DNA of 63,507 nucleotides, the filler included, from Octopus bimaculoides (taxonomy: Eukaryota): NCBI RefSeq assembly GCF_001194135.2. It is 6 parts of 6 records of this genome, joined end to end, with 100 filler letters (N's around TTAATTAATTAA, not from the genome) between each part and the next. Parts side by side here need not be neighbours in the genome. Positions count along the whole stretch, not along the records: positions 26,085 to 35,931 come from NC_068988.1; positions 36,032 to 43,861 come from NC_068989.1; 4 more parts are not named here. The stretch is one strand, 5' to 3'. A program made the position numbers and the translations under genes. Every line of letters begins with the position of its first letter. Position 1 is the stretch's first letter. Below, one piece after another: positions 26,520 to 39,853 of the stretch. The notes beneath the pieces were generated by a model. It had not been told where the DNA came from. It was given only the letters and a program-made list of their open reading frames with translations, and did no database searches.

Positions 26520-26892
26520 AATTAGTGTACATTTAAACACAAAAGAGGTGACCCTAACAGAACACCTTACATTTTATATATATATATATATATATATACA
26601 CATACATATATGTATATACAGATTGCTGTCATTGTTGTTGTTGTGCTCAAACAACAACAGTATGAATCACAACAGCCGATGCTGAGTTGCTGCATATGCT
26701 GGAGATATAAAATTCACTACCTAGGAAGTATGACATATAACCAATATTAATTTTGAAGATGTGTTATCTGAAAAGACATTTGCTATTATCGTTTACATTA
26801 TTCACGTTTTGTTTTTAGATCTGATTATATCTTCTTAATGTCAGTTAGTAATTAGTTACATTTATATATAAAGAAAAAAACGAAAACCTCAC

Positions 26893-27600
26893 CGCCAAAA
26901 CAACGTATAAAATGTAATGAATGGAAGCAACCGTATTTTCTGTTTTACTTCTTTTTTCTTTTAAGATCTATAATTATCCACCATTAATAGCGAAATTAAT
27001 TGTAAATTATATGGTAACTTTTATCGTATTGTTCTGCTTTTGCTAAAAATATAACAAAAGAAATATCTCGAAAATAATTGTAATGCAACATGTTATTTAG
27101 GAATTTTATTACGGATCCTCTGAAGCGGGAGAGAAAGAAGGGAATAAGGAATTTATAATATAATGATAATAATAACAACAACAACAACAACAGTAATTAT
27201 GATAATAACCACGACAAAAACAGCGAGGAGAATTGTAAATGATAGAAAAATAATAAATAACAAGACAAAATCTAATATTAAATACAGGCATTTCATGATT
27301 TCAGTCAACTATATCTAATAAATATCTTGCTTAATGTTGAGGTCAATTATGTATCATTGAACATGATATTTAATTACATGCATGTTTTTTAGTTGTCAAT
27401 ATTATTATCCATTGTTCACTTGTAAAGAACGACTGCTGTTAATGCACTGCTTGTAACTTCCTAATGAATCGTATCTGCCGCCGATTTTGAAATATTGCAA
27501 ACCCTCGATATAACGGACAAATAGGGAAGAGAACTGCGTGTACGTCATTGATGAAAATTCGATTAATTGAAGGTAGGGTAACTAGGGTTTATCCCTCTAT
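26893..27600 (-). promoter_or_regulatory. Candidate promoter / non-coding first exon of the minus-strand gene
   Basis: Donor ggcg|gtgagg at 26892, acceptor tcttttcag at 26768; CpG density rises here. Confidence 0.3.
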
Positions 27601-28179
27601 CTATCACCCCGTCTCTCTGTCTCTTCTCATTCTCTTTCTCTCCCTCTTCTAGAAATTCTAAATCACACAAATTTCATCCGCATGCATACAAAGCCAATTC
27701 TCTTTTATTGCATCTCAGGCATTTCAGGAGTATTTCTAGTTGGCTCTGTATTTTTATACATCATTGTTTTATTTCTTGTTGGTGCTTTCACTTTATATTT
27801 CATTTTTTTAATCCTTCCCATAATACATTGCGGAACACCTCGCTTCCTCTATGGCGCACTCTTTCTTTTTCTTTCCTCTCAAAAAACTATTTATATATTC
27901 TGCTCATTCCATTCACGTAATTTTTAACTTTTTAAAATTATCGGCGCTTAACATATTGCATTATTAATTATAATTAATTATCAGTATTGACAAAAATATT
28001 AGAACGTCAAAAATGCATTGTTCCGACTCGATATATCCTTGGTGAAAATTCATCGAGATTAATTTTGCTTTTCATCCCTCTAGGGTCGAATGAATAAAGT
28101 ACCAGTCAAGAACTAAGGACGTCGTTACTGAAAAATCCCCTCTTCACCGTTATTATTATTACTATCATCTTCATCATCA

Positions 28180-28247
<68 letters not shown>

Positions 28248-28254
28248 TTGTTGT

Positions 28255-29430
28255 TTTTTTCTTCTTTCTTCAAATTTTCTTCCATTTCTCGCCGAGTGTT
28301 TTCCGTACACCTAGGGCAGAGAAACTCGTGGTATGCATTCCCATTTTACACACGCAAATTCACAGGTAAAACATGTATTTAAGAAAACAAAAAAAAATTC
28401 ATGAATGGATGTTGTTTTCACAGCGATAATGCTCTTCTCAGTACATGAGTCGTTCCAGTTAGCACGATTTTTTGCACTTCCTGTAGGGATGGTAAGCCTG
28501 GAATCATTTTCAAATAAGTTTCAGTACCTTTTTTTATCATTCCTAGAGATCATACAATCACTGGTATGGTAGTCGCCTTGAGGTGCCACATCTTTTCAAT
28601 TTCTATTAGCAAGTGTTTATATTTACTGATCTTGTCAAATTCTTTCGCCGCTATATTATGATCAGAGGCAATACTCATATCAATTAATAAACACGTCTTC
28701 TTTGTCTGATCTTTTATAATAATATCCGGTTTATTAGCTTTTATAGTCTTGTCGGTATGTACGGGGAAGTCCCAGAAAATCGATACATTTTCTCCCTCAC
28801 TCACAGCTTCAGGATGGTGTTTATGCCATTTGTCAGCCGTTTTGATTTTATAATGCTGACATATTGTCCAGTGTAAATACTGGCCAACTCTGTCATGTCT
28901 TGCTTTATATTCTACAGGTGCTAAGACTCTACACCCTGAGATTAGGTGGTCTATAGTTTCAATCGCATCGTTACAAAATCGGCATTTTGGGTCAGCTCCA
29001 TTTTTTATCACATTGGCTTGGTAGTTCCGGGTTAATAAGCTTTGGTCTTGAGCAGCCAATATGAAACCTTCACTCTCTGCTTTTAGCTCTGAACTTCGTA
29101 ACCACTGATGCGTGCGTTTCTGGTCGACATCAGCTTGTTTCCTACGAGTCACATACTTGCCATGCAGAGGTTTCTATTCCCATCTGCTAGCTGTTCCCAT
29201 GTGATTTTGTCTTTGCAATTAATTTTATTTTCTTTGCAGCAGTAGTTGGTGCATTTCCTTCAACCTGATCGATCAAGCTGGTGGGTATCTAAGAGTTCGG
29301 TAGCGAATTTTTTGCTCTCTTTCAGAATAGAGTGAAGTTTTTTCGGTCTTTCATGTTTTTTAACAAGTTTCAGCATCCAATCGTTGGTTGTTTCAAGGTA
29401 TTTGGCCAGTCCGATTGTGGTGGTTTTGTT
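28255..29430 (-). mobile_element. 5'-truncated R4/Dong-like non-LTR retrotransposon (RLE type)
   Basis: AAQDQSL; CCHC knuckle CRFC..ETIDHLISGC; RHD; endonuclease KPDIII.D..KISKY; ORF ends at 28418; flanked by (AAT)n-type repeats. Confidence 0.92.
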
Positions 29431-29512
29431 AGTATTATTATCATCATTATTATTATCATTATTATCATTATTATTATTATTAGTAGTAGTAGTAGTATTA
29501 GTAATAGTAGTG

Positions 29513-29574
<62 letters not shown>

Positions 29575-29749
29575 CGTAGTGGTAGTGGTAGTGGTAGTGG
29601 CGGCGGTGGTGGTGATATTAAGGCAGTAAGCTAGCAGAATAGTAAGTGCGTAGGATAAAATGGTCTGCGGTATCGCATCTGAACCTTGTTTCAGGACGTT
29701 AATTCCAATTTACAATCCATTTAAACTCAGTGTAAGCGTGAGAAACGAT

Positions 29750-30400
29750 ATCTTTTTTAGCTACTGGAGTTTCTGCTAGGTGAGGGTGGCAAGCGCTACT
29801 TCATCAAAGATCATTACCCATTTCCGAATTGCCGAATGTAGAGTTAATCAGTACAGTGCAGAATATTCTGAAAGTGGGAAAAAGAACACAACCTTGTTTG
29901 ATACTTTTGTGGATGCTGAAGATCTCAGAGGAACTACCATTCAGCTACACTGTACCTTTCATGTTGAAGTGGAAAGACTTTATCATACCCAGCAGTTTTG
30001 AAGGGCAACCGTTCTTGAGAAAAAAACATTGAAAAGGACAATCTCGTTGACCTTGTTGAACGCCTTGAACACTGATGAAAGGTTTTGCAATTCATGGCAT
30101 CTCCCATGAAATTAGTGAAGGGAGAAAACCTTACTCCTGTTGAGCTTTCTGCCGCTCTGTGATTCGGAGCATGCAAGATCTGTCAGCTTTTGCATATGGT
30201 TCAAGACGATCAGTCCAGGGAGCGAGAAGTTAGCTTCGCATTAAAGATCAGTCTGCTGAATATTGTAGAACAACATAGAAATGGCTCATAGCTGCTTTTG
30301 TCTCTTTGCATTAATATAATCCGAGGCCCAGTTATCCTTCTCAGTGTGTCTGAATCAAAGGAGAACTTTGGTGAGAATGTCTCATTGCACACCGTCACCA
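29750..30400 (-). mobile_element. Degenerate RTE-type reverse transcriptase fragment
   Basis: SESQSG..KAF..EIFSIHKSIKQGCVLFPTF across frameshifts. Confidence 0.75.
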
Positions 30401-30430
30401 TATAAAGAAACAAACAATTTATAGTTGTGA

Positions 30431-30515
30431 GTGGCATTACAGAGTCAGTGGCATTACAGAGTCAGTGGCATTACAGAGTCAGTGGCATTACAGAGTCAGT
30501 TGCATTACAGAGTCA
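30431..30515 (+). repeat. 17-bp minisatellite x5 (gtggcattacagagtca)
   Basis: Four identical units plus one with a single mismatch, no spacers. Confidence 0.97.
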
Positions 30516-31074
30516 GACTTCGAGTTATGGTCCTGAGGAAATGGGTATTTAAAGTGAGTAAATTGACCGATGACGGACAGCAACTGCACGTGCAAGGAAC
30601 TAAAAATATCTTATGCATCACCAACTCACAAATCCAAATCTCCCTCCGGACAAATCTTCGGGACTTGACTTGATACTTCAAATGAAAACGAAAATTATAA
30701 CAGACAACGCGTTTAACACCATCAATGGTACATATGCACCAGCTTGTCAAATGAAAGTGCGGCGAACAATAACAAATCATCATCATTTCTACGTTTCTTT
30801 CTTTCAGGCAAGAAAATCAGCGTTTAGAACATTTTCCTGAAAGAAATAAAGTATGAGGGTATTACGCCCAGAAGATACCAGCCAGCCTGTCACAAGCAAT
30901 TATAGAGTTGCATGTCCTAAGGCCACAGGGAATTTCTTTTTCCCATCCGAGGATAAAAACACCCCCACTATAAAAATGGAGGTCGCTGTAGTTAAAAATG
31001 GCAACAGGAATTTTTGAAAATCATATACCTTCAAATTCTATTCAAACCGAACTCATCATAGTTATTCCATATGC

Positions 31075-31135
<61 letters not shown>

Positions 31136-31486
31136 GATGTATATGTATGTGCAAGTATGCATAGATATAGTATTAAATACATACGAAGGCGGTGAGTTGG
31201 TAGAATCGATAGTACGCCGATTAAAATGCTTCGCGGCATTTCGTCCGTGTCACATTCTGAGTCCAAATTTCGTCGAGATCGACTTTGCCTTTCATCCTTC
31301 CAGGGGTTGATAAAATAACTACCAGTTAAGCACTGGGCTTGATGTAATCGTGTAACCTCTTCTCTGAATTTGTTGGCCTCGAAATAAAAGTTGGAGCTAA
31401 TTGTAAATACATGTATAATATATAAGTATATATATGCATTTATGCATATAGTATTAAATAGATGAATACGAATTATATATATATAT

Positions 31487-31521
<35 letters not shown>

Positions 31522-32394
31522 GTATCACTGTCACTAAGGTTAATTCCAAGTCTTATTATCAAGATTTGGGGAAAGGAGGTAGGCCATGAATTTACTTTTT
31601 CCTAGTAGACCCTTGGTGAACGCTTACTTTTCGAGGAATCCTCCTGCATTATGTTGATGTTTCGGTGATATTCAATTACTACAACCAATACGCATTGATC
31701 AATAGCTGATAGCTACGACCACAAATTATTCACTAGCGAGAAGGCGTTGCGTTGGTTTTGCTGTTGACGTACTATTTCCTACACTCTCTCTGTTCTCTCT
31801 TTCTTGCTATCTTTCTTTCCCTTTCTTTCTTACTGCTTTCTTTCTCTCCTTATAATTATAACAAATGATGTGTTGTTTTTAGTAATGAAACAAATCAGAT
31901 TAAATTGTGAATAAAATATGACTAGCCTTCTCTACGGTATCTTAAGAGGTAATTTTCATGACGTGTCTTAAGATAATTTCTTTGGTATGATGTTCAGTTA
32001 TTGCGTGTTTGGATGTCATTTACGTTCGGTATTTTCGTAGACGTATAAATTGGTTTCTCTTATATTGAAAACGAAACAACAATTTTAGACGCTGGAGGAT
32101 CAATAGGCAAATGGCACTCGTAGATAATAATCAGACTGAGTTGTGTAAACACCAAATTTAATAAATACTTTATTCTTGTTTGATTTCGGAAACTGAGTTT
32201 TGCAAAAATGTTGCATAAAGCTAGAGGGTCCACTAAAATAATATTTCTACTATTTATACAATTATTGAAACTTCTATAAAATTTACCTCAGCATGATGTA
32301 CTAATGTACAATCTACTACAGACTCACACGCACATACAAACACAAATACACACAAACACACACACGTGCACAACCACAGACACACATACACACA

Positions 32395-33145
32395 CAGTGT
32401 TCAGGCGAAATTGGACAGTTTCCATGAAAGGTGAAAATAAAAACATTAACAAAAATCAAAACATAACAACTAAATTATGAATGGGAGTTAACGGTTTACT
32501 CAAAATAGCCACCCCCAGCTTCCACCACGCCCGAAAGATGGCTCGAGAACATGGTGTACCTGTTCCTCACTTTGTCCTGGGGAAGATCTACGAAGACCCA
32601 CTTAATCTTCGCTCCCCTTTTGGTTCTGGCGCTTCAAGCAAAGTCGTTGGTGTTTTTGTTAACCGCTCACCCCTACAAAAATCGATGGGGTTAAAATCAA
32701 GAGAATTAAGAGACCAGAAGTTCGGGCTCGTGAAGTCTCTGACAACCACTTCTGACTCTTTCCAGATGTATGCCATGGATGCGAATCATGCCGCTACACA
32801 TTGACATTTCAATAGTAACCATTTACAACCAGGAATCGACCATAATCTCCAGTAGCTTTACATAAACGTCTAAATTGATACTACGTTGGTGGTCAATGGA
32901 TTCCGTCGTATAGATGCAGTCAGAACCTCTGATGAGTCCTATTCTTTTGGTCAGCGCTTCATAGTCACCGATGAAGCTGTCCATGTCACGTCTTGCAGTC
33001 TCTACAGTTTTCACAGAGCATCGAGCATCAGTGATGATAGCAACATTTTTATACTCAAGGCAAACACCATGTTATAAGTAACACTTTTCCAACGTTCTGA
33101 CAAGTTCCAATCCTCCATGTTATGTAACATTTTCTCAACTACAAC
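32395..33145 (-). mobile_element. Internally deleted DD37D-like transposon
   Basis: FWSLNSLDFNPIDF motif; INLDVYVKLLEIMVDSWL homologous to 17210-18110. Confidence 0.7.
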
Positions 33146-33723
33146 TTTAAATTATGTATGTATGTATGTATGTATGTATGTATGTATGTACGTATCTATC
33201 TATCTATCAGACTGTGTGAGAGCGTGTTGTATTTTCAGTCTGTTATATTACACTTCCGCTTGCGTTTAAATTTACGATAGGGTAACTTAACCATAGTGGC
33301 AGTATTATAACTAAAAGTGAGAATGGTTAGGATTAAACTCACGATACTAGTTGAAAGTATTGATAGAATAGAAGTACGTGTTCAAGACCGAAAAATATGC
33401 CAATAAAAGCGGATTAAATGCACAAGCCTCCGATATCCAAGTGGCTTAGAAGTGTCAGCAGCATGCATCCAGAAATCTTGACCAGGTTGCAACCCAGTCT
33501 CTTTAGGGTGCAAGAAGCTATGGGCCGAAACTCTCTCCTCAGCGGGGTTTCTTCTCTGAAGACCATTCGCTATTCAGCTGTCTTGACTTACCAGGCTTCT
33601 GTTAATAGTTGAATTTACGATAGGGTAGCATTCTTATAATACTAGTATTATAGGTAAAAGCGAAAACGAAGCCTTCTATTCATTTTCTCGAAATGTTTAT
33701 CGACATGCACACACGCTCGCACG

Positions 33724-33758
<35 letters not shown>

Positions 33759-33850
33759 NNNNNNNNNNNNNNNNNNNNNNNNNNNNNNNNNNNNNNNNNN
33801 NNNNNNNNNNNNNNNNNNNNNNNNNNNNNNNNNNNNNNNNNNNNNNNNNN

Positions 33851-33909
<59 letters not shown>

Positions 33910-34191
33910 GAAAGAGAGAAAAACACAAAAATAAGAGTAGTTCTGCAACAAAAATTGTCCAAAAAAGGAAAAAAAAAAAAAAACGCGAAAAACGACATAA
34001 GTTACTGTGCCTTTCATCCCTCTTCGATCTATAATGTAACTACTATTTAATACGAATAGTTGTTTTAATCACCGTATTTCTTTCCCTAAAATCTACGCTC
34101 TCAGCCTATGATTCATAGGGGTGAATGTATGCACAATACATACATTCATTCACACACGTATAGATACATACATACATACATATACATACAT

Positions 34192-34266
<75 letters not shown>

Positions 34267-34931
34267 NNNNNNNNNNNNNNNNNNNNNNNNNNNNNNNNNN
34301 NNNNNNNNNNNNNNNNNNNNNNNNNNNNNNNNNNNNNNNNNNNNNNNNNNNNNNNNNNNNNNNNNNNNNNNNNNNNNNNNNNNNNNNNNNNNNNNNNNNN
34401 NNNNNNNNNNNNNNNNNNNNNNNNNNNNNNNNNNNNNNNNNNNNNNNNNNNNNNNNNNNNNNNNNNNNNNNNNNNNNNNNNNNNNNNNNNNNNNNNNNNN
34501 NNNNNNNNNNNNNNNNNNNNNNNNNNNNNNNNNNNNNNNNNNNNNNNNNNNNNNNNNNNNNNNNNNNNNNNNNNNNNNNNNNNNNNNNNNNNNNNNNNNN
34601 NNNNNNNNNNNNNNNNNNNNNNNNNNNNNNNNNNNNNNNNNNNNNNNNNNNNNNNNNNNNNNNNNNNNNNNNNNNNNNNNNNNNNNNNNNNNNNNNNNNN
34701 NNNNNNNNNNNNNNNNNNNNNNNNNNNNNNNNNNNNNNNNNNNNNNNNNNNNNNNNNNNNNNNNNNNNNNNNNNNNNNNNNNNNNNNNNNNNNNNNNNNN
34801 NNNNNNNNNNNNNNNNNNNNNNNNNNNNNNNNNNNNNNNNNNNNNNNNNNNNNNNNNNNNNNNNNNNNNNNNNNNNNNNNNNNNNNNNNNNNNNNNNNNN
34901 NNNNNNNNNNNNNNNNNNNNNNNNNNNNNNN

Positions 34932-34966
<35 letters not shown>

Positions 34967-36031
34967 CTGCCATAAACTCACATCTCAAAAATAAGGTTAG
35001 AAACCACATATACACTATAAGGCATCTTGAAATAACGTGCATTAAATCCCCTGAGACGTACAGCTCGTACTCTTAGCAAGCGATTCAGAGAACATTTGAA
35101 CAGCGATACTAGAAAGAAAGCTACTTTCATTTTTTATAATACACCCTAGATAAGGACATTGGTTCATTGTAGATATCATATCTGCTCATCCCAATGATAT
35201 GATGCCTAAACCATTAACTGAATCGATCTGCATTTAAGGATACAAACCCAGTGTCAAGTGTAACTTTTTATGTGATAATAACAATGCTCAATATATATAC
35301 TTTGCTCTACTTAAATTAGTTCTACACACTCATGCACACACACACGCACTTTTGTATTTCGTCTTGTACATATACAGATGTAATATACATAGACATACAT
35401 AAGATTCACTTCTTTAAAAAGGTTCCTCAATGTCAACTTCCGGTATTGACGTAACAACGGCAAAAAAGCTTCACTCTCTATTTTGTGTGTGAGTGTGTGT
35501 GTTCGTGTGTAGGAGAGAGAGAGAGAGTGAATACTACATACACACCGCTCTTTCACTCTGTCTCACACACATACACATACACACACACACCCCTTCACTC
35601 ACTCACACTCTGTCTCAGACACACGTGTGTATGCGCGCGCGCATTTTTGTAAGAGATATAGTGTGAGTGAGTCAAGGGCTGTGTTGTCATATGCATACAT
35701 CCAAAGATGTATGTATATTTATGCATGTACGTATACATGACAACAAACCTCTCTCTCTCACTCACACTCTGTCTCTTACAAACACACACATACATAAATG
35801 TATACAAACATATTTACAAAGACACACGTGTGTATGCGCGCGCGTGTGCTCCGGTATTGACGTAACCGGCAAAAAGCTTCACTCTCTATTTTGTGTGTGT
35901 TCGTGTGTATGAGAGAGAGAGAGAGAGAGAGNNNNNNNNNNNNNNNNNNNNNNNNNNNNNNNNNNNNNNNNNNNNTTAATTAATTAANNNNNNNNNNNNN
36001 NNNNNNNNNNNNNNNNNNNNNNNNNNNNNNN

Positions 36032-36078
<47 letters not shown>

Positions 36079-36343
36079 ATTCGTGTGTCTATGTTTGTCC
36101 TCCCACCATCGCTTGACAACCGATGTTGGTGTGTTTACGTCCTTGTAACTTAGCGTTTTGACAAAAGTGAACGATAGAATAAGTACTAGGCTTACAAAGA
36201 ATAAGTCCTGGGGTCGATTTGTTCGACTAAATGCGGTGCTCGAGCCTGGCCGCAGCCAAATGACTGAAACAGGTAAACGAATACTCACACACACATCAAA
36301 GCAACCAGCAAAGGGAAGGTGGGGGGTAACGATTTTTGCCACA

Positions 36344-36533
36344 GTGCGCATGCGCACAAAATTTGCTAACGAACTACTTCAGCGAAGAGAGTTTGCGTGG
36401 GAGGCAAGTGCAGTGAGGTGGAGAAGTTAATAAGGGAGTTAGTGAAACAGGAAAGGAAAAAATAATTATGTCATTAGCAAGGGCGACGCATAAAAACAAA
36501 AGGTAGGAATGTGTGTCAGTATGCGCATGCGCA
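36344..36533. promoter_or_regulatory. Two perfect NRF1-type palindromes TGCGCATGCGCA
   Basis: 36345-36356 and 36522-36533, in non-repeat sequence. Confidence 0.55.
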
Positions 36534-37499
36534 CATTAGTTTTAACATTTGCAAATTTAAGGAGACAAAAGAGAATAGAGATCTGAAAAGGGAAAAGAAT
36601 TTTTTGTTAGCATATTTCTATTGAAATAAACAGACCTTTGTTTCAAAACATTTTGGAAATGATTTAATAAAATTACTTAGTCGTTATTAGATTGATGCTT
36701 GGAAGGAAATTTTAATAGAATTTTAATGGAAGGTTTTGACTGACTCAATCTGAAACAAGAAGTTTATATCGTAGTATTAGAAGTGAATTCAGGCGGGTTG
36801 GTTTGAAGAGTTAACCCTTGTTAGGGAAGCCGTATTTGAACCTAGTTTGTGTTTGCTTACTCGTTAAGATGCCTCGGTCGAGTAAAGTGAGCCTAAGGGT
36901 GAATGGGAGCGTGAGTTAAGACTGTTGTTTTTAACCCCACTTCTTGGCAGAATATTATGTTGGTATACTCCGAGTACTGATAGCTGAACGAATCCAGTAA
37001 AAGTTCTCATTGAACATAAAATAGTGATATTACACACACGCACAGAACTAGGGGAAAAGCAAAGTATAAGAGGGAAGCGAAGAAGGAATGTGTAGGAGGG
37101 AAACGAAGAAGGAAGGCGAAGGAGAGAACCGAAAGAAGTAGAATAAAAAGGAGGAAAGAAATCAATGAAAAGCAAAGGTAGGAGGAAAGACAGAAAGATA
37201 GAGAAGGAAAAAAAGGAAGAAAATGCGAGGGAAGATGAAAGACATTCATATAGTCAAAAAAAGTACGAAAATTATATAATGAAGTAGAACAAAAAATATA
37301 TAACTCTTTATATTTTTTCCACGGGAGAACATTAAATAAGATGGGAGCATAAATACTTTAAGAACAACCACAATGCTGGTGCCACAGGCAGCGGCAGCAT
37401 CAGCGGCACCAACGATAACAAGAAGAGCAACGGGCCATAAAAGGAACGCTATCAACAAAACAAAACTACAAACACAACGAAAGAGAGAAGAGGCTGAGT

Positions 37500-37511
37500 C
37501 AAAATGGCGGC
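37500..37511. promoter_or_regulatory. YY1-type motif CAAAATGGCGGC in a CpG-rich patch
   Basis: Exact consensus match. Confidence 0.45.
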
Positions 37512-38139
37512 TACGTGTTGCGAGGAAGTTTATCAAAAGAACGTCGACGGAAATCATCGACAATTACCGAAGATCTAACTCGTCGTCTGCTAACAATGAA
37601 AGGAAAAAATTTTGTCGATTTATTATTTTTTTCTTTTTCATAGAGTTGTTTTTCCTTTTTCCTTTTTTTACTTGCATTTGTTTAATTGATTGATTAGTTC
37701 TATTTTTAAGGTAGATATTGTTTGTTAAATGGTTGCATTGATTGGTTATTGTTGATAAAGTCGTTAGTGTTGTTGTTGCTATTGTTGATGTTATTTTTAT
37801 TGTTGTGGGCCGGTTATTATTTCCTCTTACACACATATACAAAAACAAACATCCACTCACACACACAAATACCTACATACATGCACGTACATAAAAAGTA
37901 TGTACATTAGCACACCTACGCACAAATATACATTTACATACATATAGACAGATATACAAACACACGTAAACATATACACTCATACACATTCCTACATATA
38001 CATACATATACCTTAAACACAAAACTATCTTTGATACAATCACAAACACATCCTCATTCCTTATATTTTCCTGAATTATACTTATAACATTCACCCACAT
38101 TATATAAATAGATATACGTATACTATATAACGTAGTAAA

Positions 38140-38461
38140 GTGAAGGCGAAATGGCCCAGTGGTTAAGGCAGCAGATTCGCGGTCGTAGAATCGCGGTTTC
38201 GATTCCCGGACCGGGTGCTGTGAGTGTTTATTGAGTGAAAACACCTAAAGCTCTGGTGGCGAACCCTGCTGTATTCTTCCACCACAACTTTCTCTCACTC
38301 TTTCTTCCTTTTTCTGTTGTGCCTGAATCTCCCCGAGAACTACGTTAAGGGTACACGTGTCTGTGGAGTGCTCAGCCACTTGCACGTTAATTTCACGAGC
38401 AGGCTGTTCCGTTGATCGGATCAACTGAGACCCTCGTCGTTGTAACTGACGGAGTGCCACG
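38140..38461 (+). mobile_element. SINE family B with internal deletions and 11-bp TSD
   Basis: aacgtagtaaa at 38129-38139 and 38462-38472. Confidence 0.9.
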
Positions 38462-38782
38462 AACGTAGTAAAACAAACACTAGTTATACTAGTCAACCTC
38501 ATTAATAAATTTGTCTTTACTTAACTGCATTTCAATGGTTAAAGCTTTTGAATGAAGTCCAGCCCAAAAAGGAAATCTGTATTTTAGAAATATTAAGAAC
38601 AATACGAGTGAAAAGTGAATTATAACTAACTCCTCTAATATTCCNNNNNNNNNNNNNNNNNNNNNNNNNNNNNNNNNNNNNNNNNNNNNNNNNNNNNNNN
38701 NNNNNNNNNNNNNNNNNNNNNNNNNNNNNNNNNNNNNNNNNNNNNNNNNNNNNNNNNNNNNNNNNNNNNNNNNNNNNNNNNN

Positions 38783-38840
38783 ACTATGCTTGTGAGTGGA
38801 TTTGGTAGACGGAAACCGAAAGAAGCTCGTCGTATATATT

Positions 38841-38875
<35 letters not shown>

Positions 38876-39080
38876 TTGTGTCTGTGTTTGTCTCCCCAAT
38901 ATCGCTTGACAACCGATGCTGGTGTGTTTACGTCCCCGTAACGTAGCGGTTCGGCAAAATTTACCGATAGAATAAGTACTAGGCTTACAAAGAATAAATC
39001 CTGGGATCGATTTGTTCGACCAGAGGTGGTGCTCCAGCATGGCCGCAGTCCAATGACTGAAACAAATAAAAGAATAAAAA
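38783..39080 (+). mobile_element. SINE family A, CpGs retained
   Basis: Matches consensus. Confidence 0.88.
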
Positions 39081-39095
39081 AAGATATAACTGCCT

Positions 39096-39515
39096 CAGGG
39101 TCGAATTAAGACCCATAAAGGCTCTAAGCACTTAAAGAACTTTCGTGCCCCCATTTATAGATGTAATTCTGAAACATAAACAATCATAAACCACAAAATA
39201 AACTTTTATTTTTCAAAATGAAAAAAAAATAACAGTAAGTGGGAGCATTCTCTATTGTTTGTTTTTCTATATTTCTACTTTATATTTGAACATTTTTCTC
39301 CTACTTTTTTTTTTAATTGCAAAGTCTTTGATCAGATCCTCACTTCAAACACTTCAAAGTTATATTTCCGATCATATAAACCATTTCGAATATTATTTTA
39401 ATAAGTTTAAAGTGATTTTCTTTTGTGCCGTAAACCATTTACCATTTCTGTGGTTCCCCATTCCTTTGATGTTCTGAGTACGTTCTTATTTTGCTTAATG
39501 GCTAATCCAGCGCTG
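39096..39515. mobile_element. Non-autonomous hAT element with 8-bp TSD
   Basis: TSD aactgcct at 39088-39095 and 39516-39523; TIRs cagggtcgaatta / cagcgctggatta; minus-strand remnant DLIKDFAIKKKSRRK resembles a hAT transposase C-terminus. Confidence 0.85.
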
Positions 39516-39853
39516 AACTGCCTCGGCATCAATCTTGAGAAGCTTGGCTTCATAAAACCAGAGATAAAGGTAAAGTTACCTCCTCGAGTCATACCGAGTC
39601 ATAAGGACCGGTTTCTTGGTCGCTATATAAATTCCCCACCCGTCGCAGGGTTACTCATTTTTGCCAGCTGAGTGGACTGGAGCAACGTGAAATGAAGTGT
39701 TTTGCTCAAGAACACAACTCGAAATCGCAATCTTACGATCATGGGTCCAACACTCTAACCATTAAGCCACGCGCCTCCACAAAACAAGAGAGGACATGAC
39801 TAATTAAGAAATTACAATCAGAAGCCATTAACGAATTTGTAAATATATGTAAG

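Noticed and set aside
30431-30515. CRISPR-like array
   Set aside because: No spacers, eukaryotic context; plain minisatellite
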